Source of the DNA: Rhizaria sp. SCN 62-66 | Lineage: Eukaryota | NCBI GenBank assembly: GCA_001724265.1 | Contig: MEDY01000025.1 | Location: 62,001 to 126,000, forward strand | Direction of reading: 5' to 3' | Length of the DNA: 64,000 nt | Shown here: one piece after another, positions 13,637 to 27,181 of the stretch | Position numbering within the stretch: position 1 is the stretch's first letter | How the letters are laid out: each line of letters starts with the position of its first letter | Notes under the pieces: model-generated | What the model was told of the DNA's origin: nothing | The model's input: only the letters and a program-made list of their open reading frames with translations | Databases searched by the model: none | Position numbers and translations under genes: made by a program

Positions 13637-16600
13637 TTACACCGCGTTGTCACCGACGTCGACCAGCCGCACCAGCCGCGGCGCCGCCAGCCTGGCCGTC
13701 ACGCCACTCCCACCGGCATTCACACCCGCACCCGCCGCTGCGTTTGCGCCCGCGCCTGCGTTCGTGGTGAGCGCGAGCGCGGTGGGGGTGACTGTGAGCG
13801 CGAAGCACGAGAGGTCGTACACCCCCGGAACGGGCACCAGCGCCGTGACGGTGAACGTAGCCTCCCCGCCCGGGGCCAGCCGCTTGACCGTCTTCTTGGT
13901 GGTGCCCGCCCAGACCAGCCCGGCGCCGAGCCCGAGGACGACGCTGCCGCGCACGGCCGTCATCGACACGGCCACCGGGGTAGCCACGGCGGCCGCGGCG
14001 GCGGTCCCGACCGCGGGCGCCACGAACGTCACGTCCAGGATACCGCCGCCACCGCTGCTATTATCGGTAGTACTGTTGCTGATGCTGCCGCGGCGGTGGC
14101 GCGAGTTGTTAGCCGCGGCAGCAGCAGCGGCGGCGGCGGCGGCGGTGGTGACCGGCGTGTGCGCGACGGTGACCGTGACAGTGACGCCGACGGCCGCGGG
14201 GCCCCGAGCGAAATTGTGCCGCAAACTCGGCGGGTGCGTGACCGTGACGTACACCGGCCACGCGCCCGCCGCCACGGGCGCCCCCGCCCCGGTACTATGA
14301 TGGCCGTGTGCCACGGACGGCACGGCCATGCCGCTGGCCACGCCGAACCCGGCGCTGTTGTTGAGGTTCACGGTGACGAAGTCGACGGCGGCCAGAGTCG
14401 CCTGCAGCAGCGGTGGCGTCGTAACAGCCATGGCGCCCTCCTCGGGACTGGCCTCGGCCACGACGGCTCCGGCGCCGGCGGCGGCCGCAGAGCCGATGCC
14501 GAGCCCGACGCTGACGCCGCCGCTCGCCGCCTCAGCGAGCGCGGAGGCAGTGTTGTTGCTGCTAACACTCCCGGACCGGCCGAGGCCAAGACTGGCGGTG
14601 CCAGAAGAGTAGCTGCTGCTGCTGCTGGGGGGTTGTGTGGGGAGCTGGGACACCCAGGACGGGGCGCCGGCGCCCTTAGCCGTGATCGAGGACGATACTA
14701 CGCAGGCGGGGGATTTGACCGTCGGGGCGTGGACGCTCGACAGCAGCACGCTCGCGTTGCGCCCGGTAGAGCTAGAGCCAGAGCCGGAGCCGGAGTAGCC
14801 AGAGCCAGTCCGCGCCACAGCATTACCAGCGCCCGCGCTCGCGTTCGTGGTGAGGGCGGGAGGAGCGAGGCAGTCAATGCAGAGCAGCCGGGTCACGCCC
14901 TCACCGCCGCCGCCGCCACCGCTCGCAGACCCGACGTTCGCAGTGCTACTGCTGTTCACCAGGGCGTTGGCGTTGCTGCTTGCGCTGGGGACGGGCGTGG
15001 CGAGATCCCACGTGACGGCCAGGTCGGCGTACTTGGCGTTGTTGATGTCGATGGTCTTGGTGGCCGGGTTGAGCACCTTATTGAGGTGTTCGTCCTCGCA
15101 CAGCACGCGCCGCTCAAGCCGCAGCAGCGCGGCCGTGCGGGCAGGCAGCAGCGCTCCGCGCGCGACACGCGTTTGTGCCGCCCCCGGCAACATCTGGCGC
15201 CCCGCTGCGGTGCGGGACCGGGGGCCGGCGCCGGCAGCGGACGCGGCGCTGGCTGCGGGCGCGTGGAGTGACGGCAGGAGCACGGACGAGGCGGCGAAGA
15301 GCTCGCTGGACTGCGTGGGGGCGTGCGAGGACGAGGACGCGACCGCCGCGGCCGCAGCGGCGGCGGCGGCCGCGGCGGCGGCGGCCGAGGCGTCGTAGGC
15401 GGCGTCGAAGCCGGGAGGCTGCGGCGACCCCAGGCTGGCTGCGGCGGCGGCGGCGGCGGCGGCAGCCGATGTCGAGGAGGGCAGCGACAAGAGAGAGCTG
15501 ATGGGCGTGCTGCCGCTGTCCCCGTTGCCCAGGGCAGAGCCGTCCTCACCGATACCGCTGTTGAAGGCGCCGCCGCCGTCTTTGGCCTCTTCGTTGTCCC
15601 TGTCGCCGTCGCTGTCGTCTTCATTTTCCTCGCCGTCTCCGTCCTCATCGTCGTCGTCGTCATAGTTGTCCAGCATCGTCGTCGCTGCCACCGCGGCCGC
15701 AATGGCCTCTGAGAGCTCCGCCTCGGCCCGATCGCCCTCGGTCACGGCCTCGGCCTTAGCCTTGACGGCCGCCGCCCGCGCAGCAGCAGCAGCGGCAGCG
15801 GCGGCGGCGTTCGCCTCAGCCTTGGCCGCGGCCGCCGCGGCCGCCCGCGCCACGGTACTTTCGTACGCCGCGAGCGCGCGCATGTGGCCGGGCGCGCCGT
15901 CGAGCCCGATGCGCGGGTGTGACATAGGGATGGGGTCGGCCGGCACGGTGGACACGGTGCCCAGCTGCGCGCCAGAGCCCTCGTCGTCGTCGTCCTCATC
16001 GCTATCATCCTCGTCGCCGCTGTTGTCGCCGTCGCCGCTGCGGTGGCCGTCGCTGTCGCTCTCGAAGATGGTCGTCGTTAGCGGCAGACGGCCGCCGCCG
16101 GCGAGGAGGCTCTTGGTCGGCGCCAGAGGTGAGTTGTCGTAGCCGTAGCCTAAGTGGCTCTGGTCGAGGTGCTTTCTCTCGCCGCGCCGCGACCGCTTGC
16201 TCCGGCCACTATTGCTGCCAGCGGCGGCGGCCGCGTCGTCGCCGTTGGATGCGGCTGCGGTGCTGATGTAGAGTGTGTCGAGGAGGGCGGTGGCGCAGAA
16301 GACAACGCAGCTGCCGCGGGAAGGCACGATGACACCCTCGCCGTCCACGACCCTCATTCCAGAGCCCACGGAGCCAGCGCCAGCGCCAGCGCCAGCGCCA
16401 GAGGGGCCGGAGCTGCCACCGGCGGGCACGAGAGCAGTGCTGAGGTCGGCGTTCGCGCCTTCGGGGTTGTTGCCGTCACCGCCACCGTTGGCAGCAGCAG
16501 TCATCATGGCAGCGAGTTCGCTCATGCTCAGCTTCCCCGACCCGGCGTTGGCGCTGCCGCCGCCAGAGCGCTTAGAGTGGCCGTGGCCGTGAGAGCCCTT

Positions 16601-19600
16601 CTTTTGCGGCTGCACCGGGGGACTCAACGCCGAAGCCGTGATGAGAGGGGCAAGGCCGTGCGTCTTGCTGACGAGCGTGGCCCTGCGCAACCGCAGAGAC
16701 GGCACCAAGACCGACGACAGAAGCGCCGTCACGTACGCCTGCGACGCGAAGCCCGCCGCGATCGCGGCCTCCAGGTACACCGGCCGCCGGTTGGCATTAG
16801 CGTTGGCAGCGTTCACAAGAGCACCGGCGTTGATGTTGTTGTTACTATTGCCGCCGCCGCCGAAGCCGAGGCTGTTGTTGGGGTTGTAAATGTTGGTGGC
16901 TGCAACGGCGGCCGCGGCCGCGGCGGCAGCAGCAGCGGCGGCAGCGGCCGCAGCCTCCGCCGCCGCAGCCTCTGCCGCCGCGGCGGGCAACACGGGCAGC
17001 CCCAGGGACAACGCGGCCGCGGCGGCCGAGGCCGTGACGGTGGCCGCGGCGGCGAGCGGTGTCGATAACCGCGGACGCTTGTCCGCGATATCGATCGCCA
17101 GCAGGTTGGACCCGGGGGCCAGTGAAGGCAGTGCGCGCACGCAGAGCTGCAGTGCGGGGACGACAAAGACAGGCTGGGCGCACCGCAGCAGGCGCGACAC
17201 GCTCTCGGGCACCGCCGTGTCGGCTGCGGCGAGCGGCGGCTTCGCTGAGTCTGCGAGCGACGGCTTCGAGGCGACAGTCGTGTTGTAGTTGATGAGGAAG
17301 GAGATTGTGTGCAGCCCTGGGATGAGGGCGCGGAAATGCACCGTCACGGGCAGCGACGCGCCCGGGGGGAGGCAGGTGCCAGGCGGCAGACACAGCGTGC
17401 CGTCAGACCAGCTGTACGGGAGCTGACGCTCTTGGTGGTCGCCGTCGGCCGCGGCCGCGGACTGTGTGCTGTCATCGCCGAGCCGTTTGGGCTTGCCACT
17501 ACTGCTGCTGCTGTTGTTGTTCTTGGCAGAGGCGAAGGCTGCCGCAAGGGAACTGGCACTGGCACTGTTGTAGTCGCCGGCGCCCTCATGGGTACTCGTG
17601 CCGTCACGAGTACTGGCGCTAATCGAATTCGTAGTGTTGCCGCTCATGTCTTCCTTGTCAGAGGCCGAGGTCAAGGCAGAGGACCAGTTGCTGAGCTTGT
17701 TGATGTTGGCCATGGTGACCGTGAGCACCGAGAACGCCGGGTGCGACGACAAGATCGTCACCTCGGTCACCGGCGTGGCCCCGGTGTTCTTCAGCACCCA
17801 CTGCACCGACGTCAGCTGCCCGTGGAGCGTCAGGAGAGGCAGGTAAGGCGCGAACTGCGACTGTGAGTACACGGCCGCCGCCGCAGCAGCCGCTGCCGCG
17901 CCCTGCTGCTGTCCGCCGGTGACCGCGCCAGGAGAGCTCGCTGTGGAGTTAGTGGCGGCGGCAGCAGAGGCGGCGGCGAGCGCGGCTCGGGCTAAGATGC
18001 TGGCCGTAGCGGCGGGAACGCGGAGCTGCATCTGCTCGCTGAGACTGCCGCCGAGACCGGCCACGGCCGCCGCCGCCGCCGCCGCTGCCACCACCTCAAC
18101 ACCCGCGCTCGCGTTGAGACTATTGATGTCGCTGCCAGTGGCCGTGTTGAGGATGCCGGCGTGGTCAGGCAGGGCGAGCACGAGCTTGCCGACCCGCGGC
18201 TTGACCTTGATCCTGAGCGCTTCGGCGGGCGGCACAGTGCTGCCGTGGGGCTGGGGCGAAGACAGCGGTAGCGCGCGGCTGCTGTCATCCCGCGCTACGG
18301 TCGCCGCGGTCAACAACGCGACGCCGCCGCGGCGCGGGGACAGCGACCAGGTGCTCACGGGCGCCAGCAGAGGGTACGGAAGCATCGACAGGGAGCGTGC
18401 ACCGGGCTGCGGGATCTGCACGTTCGCGGTGCTCGCAGCGGCGGAGTCTAAGGGGGTACTTAAACCGGGGATCGCGGGGGTGCTCGGGGTATTTAGTCCC
18501 GAGCCGGGGGTACTTAGACTCCCCACGCCAGCAGCAGCCACCCCTCCTTGCTGGCCGCCTAGACCGCCTTGACCGCCCTGTGAAGGGGTACTTACACTTA
18601 CACTGATGGGCGTAATGATGTGCACGCAGGAGCTGGCCGCGCCGCCCGCCTCGGTGGCCGCATGAGACAGCCCGATGAACGACGCGCCCTCGGTGGCCGC
18701 GGCGGGCGCGACGGTGCGCGTGGCGGGCAGGTTGAACCGGTGGTAGCTGTGCAGGTGGGTCTGGGCCGTCCACGCCACGCCCTGCAGCGCGAGGTCGCCC
18801 GCGAGGCGCGGCAGCGCAGTCAGCTCGACCACCGCGGTTGCGTGGGGCGGCAGCACGAAGCTTACGCCGGGGGTCGCCAAGGCGGAGAAGCCGGCGGCGT
18901 CCTCGTCGAACGCGGAGGCGTCATTGCAGTCGCCGCCGTCATCAGCTCTGTTGGCGCAGTTCTTGATGATGTCATATCTAACACTGCTGTACGTCTTCGT
19001 GGTGCTGCTGCCGTTGCCGCTGTTTTTGTGATTCGCGACGACGGTTAGAGCGCAGCGGAGGCGCATGTTGGTGACCGTGAGTGCCAGCGCCAGCGGGTTG
19101 GTCACCTCCACGGTCACGGTCACGGCCTCCCCGGCGCGGCCGCCGCGCGCGGCCTGACGCAGCCAGCGCTCGGTGGGCGCGTACAGCGCGTCGGCGGGAG
19201 TCGCCAACGCGGGTGCCACGGCGCGGGCCGCAGAGAGCTCGGTGGGCGAGTGGCCGAACGACGACGCGAAGGCTGAGAGGGAGACCGAAGTGGCGGGTGC
19301 GGGCAGAGCGGGCAGCAGGGGCATCGGCGGCTGGCGGGACACGGCGGCCGCCCACGCGGCTTGAGTTAAGGTCGCCGGGACCGTGTTCGGGTCCTCCAGG
19401 TGGACGGTGAGCGTGTGTGTGTTGAAAGTGGGCAGCGCCAGAGACGTGATCTCGCCGAGCAGCGCGCCAGTCTCGGGGTTGAGGGACTCTAAGGATAACG
19501 GGGCCGGCTTGGCAGAGCTCACGTCGACACTGATGCCGTCGACGTCAGCAGCGGCCACCGGGACAGTGTTGTTCGCGGTACTGTCAGTTGTGGTGACGGT

Positions 19601-22600
19601 CGTGAGAGAGAGGCCGTATTGAAGCTGCAATTGGTGTTGTTGCGACTCGGCGAGCAGTATGTCGTGCCACTTAGACGCTTCCGCGACGAACTGGTCTAAG
19701 TACATCGCCTGCAGATTAGGGGGCAGCTCGCCACCCTTACACAGCGACGACGACAAGTTAGAGCCAGAACCAGAACCAGAGCCAGAGCCGGAGGTACTTA
19801 CACTCGCGGCACCCTTGGACGCAGAGCCGCTAGCCCCAACACCCTTAGGCTTCCCAGAGGCAGTCACCGCGCCGCTGGTTCCAGCACTGCTACCGCTAGT
19901 ATTGCTCGTGGCAGTGCCAGTGTTCGCAGCGGCTGCAGTCGTCGTCAGGAACAGAGAGCGCGACAGCAGAAGCTCTTGCGCCTCAGCAGCGCTCAGCTTC
20001 CGGGTGGAGCCCCCGCCCGCCGCGCCCGCCGCGCCCGCGCCCCCCGCCGCCGACGACGCCACAACGCCGTTGAGGCTGTTGTTCACACCCCCCGGGATCG
20101 CCCCGAGCAGCGCGGCCGAAGCGGCGGTGTTGCGGCCGATGATCTCGGCAAAGAAGCGGACACTGAAGGCCTGCAGTTGCGGCGACAGGCCTCGAATCCC
20201 GCACTCGTTGGCCAACATCACGCGGAGGTGCGTCTCCAGACTGCCCCAGCCCTTGCCGTCCACCACGCTGAGCGCGGACGCGTAGCAGCGCACGGCGTGG
20301 GCGAGGCGGCCTAACTTGCGGTACAGATGCGCCGCCATGGTGAGGTGGAAGGCGTACTTGCGCACCAACGGAGTCGGCAGCAACAGGTACGTGTACGACA
20401 GGTGTTCGAGCAGCAGCGCGCCGCGAATGCTGTTGGCCTCGCCGTCCGAGGCGCGGACCAGCACGGCGGCGACATCACGGATGCGCGAGCCGACGAGCAG
20501 CATGCGGCTGGGGTGCTGCGGCCACTGCTGCTGCTGCAGCTGCTGCAGCTGACCCAGCAGCGAGTAGCTCGACTGGATGCCCGTGATTGTATTCGTAGCG
20601 CTGGGACTCAGCATGCTGCTGGCGCCTTTCGCGGTCAGGCTCTTGTTGTAGATGGTGTTCCCGGTTGTCAGTGAGGTGTTGTAGTTGTACCCGCCGTTGC
20701 CGCCGAGGGTGCTCATGCTCATGTGCACCGGGTTCTGGGGCAGCACCGAGGGGAACCGATAGGCGTCCGCGAGCCATAGCAGCGCGCGAGTGGCCCGCCG
20801 CGAGTCGCCCAGCTTCGTGTACGCCGTCACGGCCGCCTCGATAGCGCTGGTTGCCTCCCGCATGGCCTTGCCGTACGCCTCGGTCTCCGCGGCGACGGCG
20901 ACAACGCCGCAGCCGTTGCTGCCAATGCCGCCGCTGCCGCCGCCGCCGGGGACTGTCAGCGTATTGCTCTTACTGCTGCTGCTGCTCGAGCCGGCGCCGT
21001 TGGGGGCCAGCAGTACAGGCGGCGGCGCAAAGAGCGGCACGGTGTTGTTCGTAGCGGGCGTCACGGTGGCCGCGAGCATGATGGCCAGACCCAGGTATTC
21101 GCTGGCGGCGGCGGCGTGGACCGGGGCCGACGCGTTGCGGAAGTCGGTCGTGGCGGCGCGAAGGTGCTCCACTGCGAGGTCAGTCCTCCCCAGCGAGAAA
21201 GCCAGGGAGGCGAGTGCGATGGTGGTGGCCTCAGGCGCGGTGCGGGGGAAGGCGAACGTGGACACGCCGGTCAACGACAGACGGGTCGTGTCCGCCGCGG
21301 TGGCCGCAGCCGCACTGCTGCTACTGGAGCCGCCGCTGCCGGAGCCAGAGCCGCCGGCGTCGGCCGCGGAGGTGGTGGCGGTGGTTTTGCGACCGCCGAA
21401 GATGGACTTGAGCGTGTTGCGAATGCCTTTGCGCTCCGAAGTCACCTTCTCCTTGAGGAAGTTAAGCCGCTTGTGGGCCGCGGGCATAATAACGCGCTGC
21501 ACGAGCTGCTTGGCGAAGGTGCTGAGGTCGTAGAGGTCATCTTCAGACAGCAAAGCACCGAAACCGAGGTACTGAGAGCTGATGTTGCTGTTGTTCGGGC
21601 CGTTGTAGTCATCTGCAGCTGTTGCGGCAGGGTCGCTTCGAGTACTTGAAGCGGAGTTTTGCGCGGTCGACGGGGAGGAGCGGTACGCGGTGGTCGGCGG
21701 CAGAAACACCGTCGACGTGACCGACGGCCGGCCGGTCAGAGACAGCCTCCCAGCCGCCGCCGCCGCCGCTCCGGAGGAGGCGGTGGACGCGACGGAGTTG
21801 CTGCGGCTGCCGAACTGACTCCCCGCGGCGGCGTCGGCCTCGGCGGCAAGGATTCTCGCGCGGGCGCAGTCCGAGGCGGCGGCGACCTCGGCCGCGGTCT
21901 GGGGCGGAACCTGCGCCGTGAGGGCCTGCGCCCAGAGCAGGCGCGCCACCGCGGGGCACCGCGCCCCCGGAGCAGAGGCCGGGTAGAGGGAACGCGAGCG
22001 GGCCAGCAGGCGCGCCCAGCGGCGGTGCGCCTCGGCGCGGAGGGCCTGGGACGGCGGGGAGATTTGGCCCGGGAGCAGCGTTTCAGAGAGCATGCCTGGG
22101 GTTTCAAGAGAAACAAAGGAGAGGAGAGAGGACATACATCGGGGTGAGATTAGTGCAGAGTGACAGAAACGTGTCATATTCTAGTAGAAATTAGCATGTT
22201 AGTTTTACATATCAAGTGTTAATGCAAAATGACGATGATTATGAAGCGTATATCTCGTCCCAACTTCTCTTCAAGTCGCCAGACTGAAGGCCGAACAAGT
22301 CGAGAGGAGAGTAGAGTCGAGTATAGTAGAGTGTCCAGACAAGACAGCTGGATTAGACCGGTGGGACACGTACCTGGGGTGAGCGTGGCGGCGGTGAGCC
22401 TGCGCCAGTAGACGAGCGCGGCGGAGGGCTGCGCGGGTGCCAGTGAGAGCGCGAGCGCGGCAGCCGACGTCTGGTCGAACATCAGGATGTCCGACGGGGA
22501 CGGAGCCGGGGCCTGCGATGACTGTGAGCGAGAGTTGGCACTCGCAGATACGGTCGCAGTCGAGCTCGAGCTGCTGTTGGCGGCGGTGTTAGAGCTAGAC

Positions 22601-24127
22601 GACGAGGGCTGCGCGAAGGGCGCTAGCAGAGTGATGCTTGCACTGCCACTGCCACTGCTACTACTAGAACTAGAACTAGAACTATTGCTGCTGCTGCTGT
22701 TACTAGAAAAAGAAGATGAGGAAGAGCTGACTTGCGGCAGCGTGATTTGATGCGGCGGCAACCACAGCGGGCCGCCGACGTTCGAGTTCGTGCTCGAGTT
22801 GACTGGATACGCGCCAAATACGGCCGTGATGTCGGTGTTATTAACGATGTTGGCGTTTGACCCGGTGCCAGGGCCGGGGGCGTTGCTACCCGCGCCATTG
22901 GCCAGCGGGGACTTGGCGCCGCCGCCCTGACCGTCAGCGAGCGATCGCGAGCCGGCCCCCGGCGACCCCGGCGGTGACCGCAGCCCTCCCTTGCGCAGTG
23001 TGACAGAAGAACACATGGTGTTGATGGCGATACTGCTCACCGTTGCGTCTTCGCGGGATAGCGAATGCACCTTGCGCAGCTCGTTTACTGCCCGCACGGC
23101 CCCGGCGGCGCGCGCGACCTCGAACTCGCGCAGACGGGGTTCATCGCGCGAAGCGGCGGCAGAGGCCGCGGCGCGGGCAGCGGGGTCGCGGAAGGCCTAG
23201 AAAAAAACAAGGATTGCGGGGGGATATAGCAAAAGTTGTTGGAAGATTATTTTGTTGAATATATCATGAGAAAATATAGATATTCGCGTGAATTTAAATG
23301 TTTAATATGCAGTAGTGCGCATCTGAGCGAGATACATGGCTGGAAAGTTACAGGGAGATACGGGGGGTGGGACGGGACGTACGAGTGGCGAGGTGACATC
23401 GTGGTCAGTGACGACGACGTAGGCCCTCGGGATGGTGGCGTCTGCAACGCCCCTCTGCAGTAGCGACGGCAGCCGGTGCATGGAGTGCAGCGCCTCGGCC
23501 GACCGGTCCGCGGAGTCCTCAGTGGCGGCCACGGCGACGATGACGGCGACGGGGAAGTCCGGCAGCTCGCAGTCGCTGGAGCGCAGGGTCTCAAGGAACT
23601 CGGCGCGGTAGCGCGTCCACCACGGGCAAGGGTCGCGCACGCGGCTCAGGAAGCCCGCCAGGTCGCCCGGGGACCGCAGCGCGTCGCGCGCAAGGGACGC
23701 GGGCGCCATGGGGGCGTAAGGCGGCTGCTGGAGCATCTGCGGCAGCGGCAGCGCGGCCTCGAGGTACGCGTTGGCGTTGTCGATGTGGGGGCTCTCGAGC
23801 TCGGCCGCGGAGACCAAGTTGAACGAGGTGACGCCGCGGATGCCGTTGGCGTCCCAGGGAATGTCGGAGAAGAAGGGCTTAAGCAGCTCGGTGAAGGTGA
23901 GGCCGTTCTTGACGCAGGACTCCTCCACGGCGGCCGAAGCCAGCACCAGGATTGTCGGCCGGTACCGGTCGCGGACCCACTCCGCCACGGTACGGTTCTG
24001 GAATAGCAAAATATAAACACAAAACAACAGAACAATAATAGGTTAGTACATGGCATACGGTTCGAACAAGTTGGTTTAGTTGGGGACATGGTTCGGCGGG
24101 CTGGCGAGGAGCAGAGAGACGTACCAT
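13637..24127 (-). CDS. TRAPPC8: TRAPP III complex subunit TRAPPC8/Trs85 (~3300 aa); exons 24127..24125, 23997..23383, 23196..22374, 22095..13637
   Basis: The N-terminus M|NRTVAEWVRDRYRPTILVLAS...NGLTFTELLKPF and the blocks LSEDDLYDLSTFAKQLVQRVIMP, PEATTIALASLAFSLG...AAAASEYLG and RKYAFHLTMAAHLYRKLG...RCY...KGW match TRAPPC8. Three GTACGT...AG introns (23998..24124, 23197..23382, 22096..22373) keep the frame. Stop is TAA. Confidence 0.88.
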
Positions 24128-24942
24128 GGGGAAGGTTTGGGTCCGAGGGGACGAAGTTGAAGGGGGAGTGTTCTGGAGAGACTATGGTGCATGCGTAGAA
24201 AAATGGGAAAATAAAAAGTGAGATGTGCGCAGGTTTAATGAGTAAGGGGAGTTACAAAGCTATCGACGATCAGAGTCAGGCGCATGAAGCGCCGGAAAAC
24301 GAAGGGTTCGCCTCGTGTGTGGTTGCCTCGTGACTCGTCATATCTTAGGGCGGCGCGATATGCGCACTGTACCCTACTTCTCAGAGGTTATAAAATAAAA
24401 CATGTGAAAAACAGCACAATTTCCACGCGGGACAAGATGTAGATTACAAAATCACGATTGCAGCAACGCGGATTCACACCTCTCTTTTTAGCCTTCGTAG
24501 TAGTTCATGGTTGCAGCCACAGCCGACCCCCCCACAGCCGCCACCGAGGCGGAGCAAGCTCACAGTGCGAAAAACAACAAAAGTAATGGTAGCGGGATGC
24601 CTTGTCAAGGAAGGACTACGAATTCAAAGTATATCACATTCCAATACGATACATATACAATACGTCTGATTCAAATGTATTTGTTCAAATATACGCAGTC
24701 ATTGACCACTTCTAGTGATATTCAAGTGGGCCCTTCGCTGATCATTACCACGGAGGACTCAAGAGCAAACAACAGGGTTTTTGTTCATGTCAACACCAAA
24801 ACCACGCACTATAGACCGCTATTTCTACGCTATACCAACTGATATGCGCGCAGAACAAGTGTTCTTGACAAACACATTGTCTGCCAACACACATACACTT
24901 ACATTTCGCTCCTTAGCTCACAGCCAGTAGTTCATTTCGCAT

Positions 24943-26665
24943 TCACTCCGTCGCAACGGCCGCCGTCTCCGCCTCCGTCTGCGCAGTCCCAACCTTGCCC
25001 TCCTCCTGCTGCTGCTGCTTCTGCTGGCGTTCAGCCCTCCCCGCAGCGTAGCTCGCCACAGCCATGTCCTCGAGTTCACCGAGACTATAGACGAACCAAT
25101 CGGCGCCGGTGATCACGGCGGGCCGCGCCGCGATGCCGCCGAAGCCAACCACGGCGGCCGCGGGCGGGCGCGCCTCCAAGTCTAAACAAAACATGTAAAA
25201 ATAAACGAAGCAAGTGGCATCAGTGAGACAGCAGACTTTTTTTTTTACTTTGCTCTCATGATCACGATTGTCCATTTGTTTCATTGCCATACTAGTATTA
25301 TTATGTACGTTGCGAAGCTGCGTGTGTAGATAGTGCATATATTGTTTATATCGCGTACCTGTGGCGCCGTCACCGACCATGAGAACTGTGCGCAGCCCGT
25401 GCGTGTCCATGAGGCTCTGCACTGCGCGCGCCTTGCCGCCCGAAGACGAGGTGGGCTCAGTCAGGTCGAACTGGGGCGCATGGGGCAGAGCGAGGGGAGG
25501 AGCAATGCGTGGTGTGAGATGAGAGTTCATAAGTGAGCACACTGAGTGACAAGAGTGTAGTGTTCATTGATAGAGAGGTTTTCATAACTTAACACGTTTT
25601 TTTGTGTGTTCATAGTGGCCGCGATGAGATTAGACGTGACACGTACCGTTGCATACACACTGCTATCATCAGCGCCAGTAGTAGCTGCGTTGTCGTCAAA
25701 CACGAACGCGTTGGCCACGACTTCGGTCTCTGGATTGAGCCCCAGCGCAATGGCAGCGGGGGCGATCAGGGGCCGGAAGCCGCCGGAGACGAGGAAGACG
25801 CGCACGTCAAGGGTGTTGCGGAGGGCGGTAACAAGGCTCAGGGCGCCGGGGGTCAGCACGGGGGGCTGGACAGGCAGAGCAGAGCAAAGCGAAGTGAAGC
25901 AAGGCAAACGGGGCAAGAACAAAGCGAACGTAGAACGATACATAAATGAGACATGTTAACGTTTGGACAAATACAAAAGGAGTTGAGATATGGAAATTAG
26001 GTTTTTGATTATAATTTTCATAGTATCCGTAAATATAGTCGATTAAGGGTCACAATAGGTCGAGATATCTCAGTTCGAATGTGTTTTTGATTTGTGCGAC
26101 GTGCGTGTTGAGTCACAAAGCTGTTAAGGCTGTCCTTGGTAATCTTCATTGCGGCTAGGCGCTCGGAAAGGGCCGTGCGGAAGTCCATAGAGCCCTCCAT
26201 GGCCTAGTGGTGGCGCAGTAGCAGGTGTGAAAGCGAACCAGAGAAAGAGCAAGAGTGTCAAGAAAGATGCAAGACAAGGAGAGATACTTTGTGAGCAAAA
26301 TGTGCATTTTCACGACAAAGATAAACAGCGTGAGGATACAAACAAAAAGAAATAGAAACAACAGCACAAAACCTATGCATTGGGTAGCGACGGGCGTATA
26401 GGTGGTTATTGGTGTTGTGTAAACTGCGATTTCGTCGTACCTTGCGAGTGACTTGGGCAACGGCGTCGCCGCATCCGAGGAAGGCAGCGAACTCGTCGAT
26501 GCCCTCCGTGGTGCAAATCGTGCTGTCGACATCGAAACACACGGCGTCGATGGCACCCGAGCGGAACAGCGCGGACACCGACGCCGGGCACGGCGCAGTC
26601 ACGGGGGCCTGCGCGGCGGCGGGCGAAGCGGCAGGGGCGCTCGGCGCGGCTGTGGCGTTTGACAT
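24943..26665 (-). CDS. PSPH: Phosphoserine phosphatase (HAD family); exons 26665..26441, 26203..26105, 25865..25647, 25470..25359, 25181..24943
   Basis: HAD motifs are present: AVCFDVDST, GIDEFA, AMEGSMDFRTALSERL, PPVLTPG, VFLVSGGF, EPTSSSGGKA and MVGDGAT|DLEARPPA...GFGG. Four introns keep the frame, and the second has a GC donor. Stop is TGA. Confidence 0.93.
25866..26104 (-). other. GC-AG spliceosomal intron (239 nt) in the phosphoserine phosphatase gene
   Basis: Donor CAC|GCACGT and acceptor TCCAG|CCC give KITKDSLNSFVTQH|PPVLTPG in phase 0. Confidence 0.75.
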
Positions 26666-27181
26666 GAGGCGCTCTGGGGGTGGCAGTAGGGAAGGGTGTA
26701 GAGGCAGGATGAGCTATTTTGAGAGTAGAATTTTGTGTAATTAATTATTTAACCGCTGCAGACTTCTACTTCTTTTGATACCGGTGTTGACGGTGGCTGG
26801 AGTGCAAGTGAGAGAGCCGAGCAATCATGTCCACATGCGCCTTACGAAAACGGACTTAGCCGAAGCAGCTCTAAATCGCATCTATGGCCATATATTCCTT
26901 ACTCAAGCAGGGATTTACTGCAATTTTCAGGAACAATCAACTGAATTGATTTCAAAGCTCACGTTCTGTTTGTGATTACACTTTGTATTCTTCCACAAAC
27001 GTCCCTTTTCAGTTTCCACGCGCGCCCAAGTCAGGCCTCCCCCTTTGACTGCCGCCACTGCCAGCTTTGAGCTGCACCCTTTACCTTTGCCTTTGCCACT
27101 ACCCCGCTCTACTGTGCGCTATCCTTCTCTATTGCCTGCTTTGCGCGCACATTGCTATCTTCTTATTTCACCGCTGCCAGC

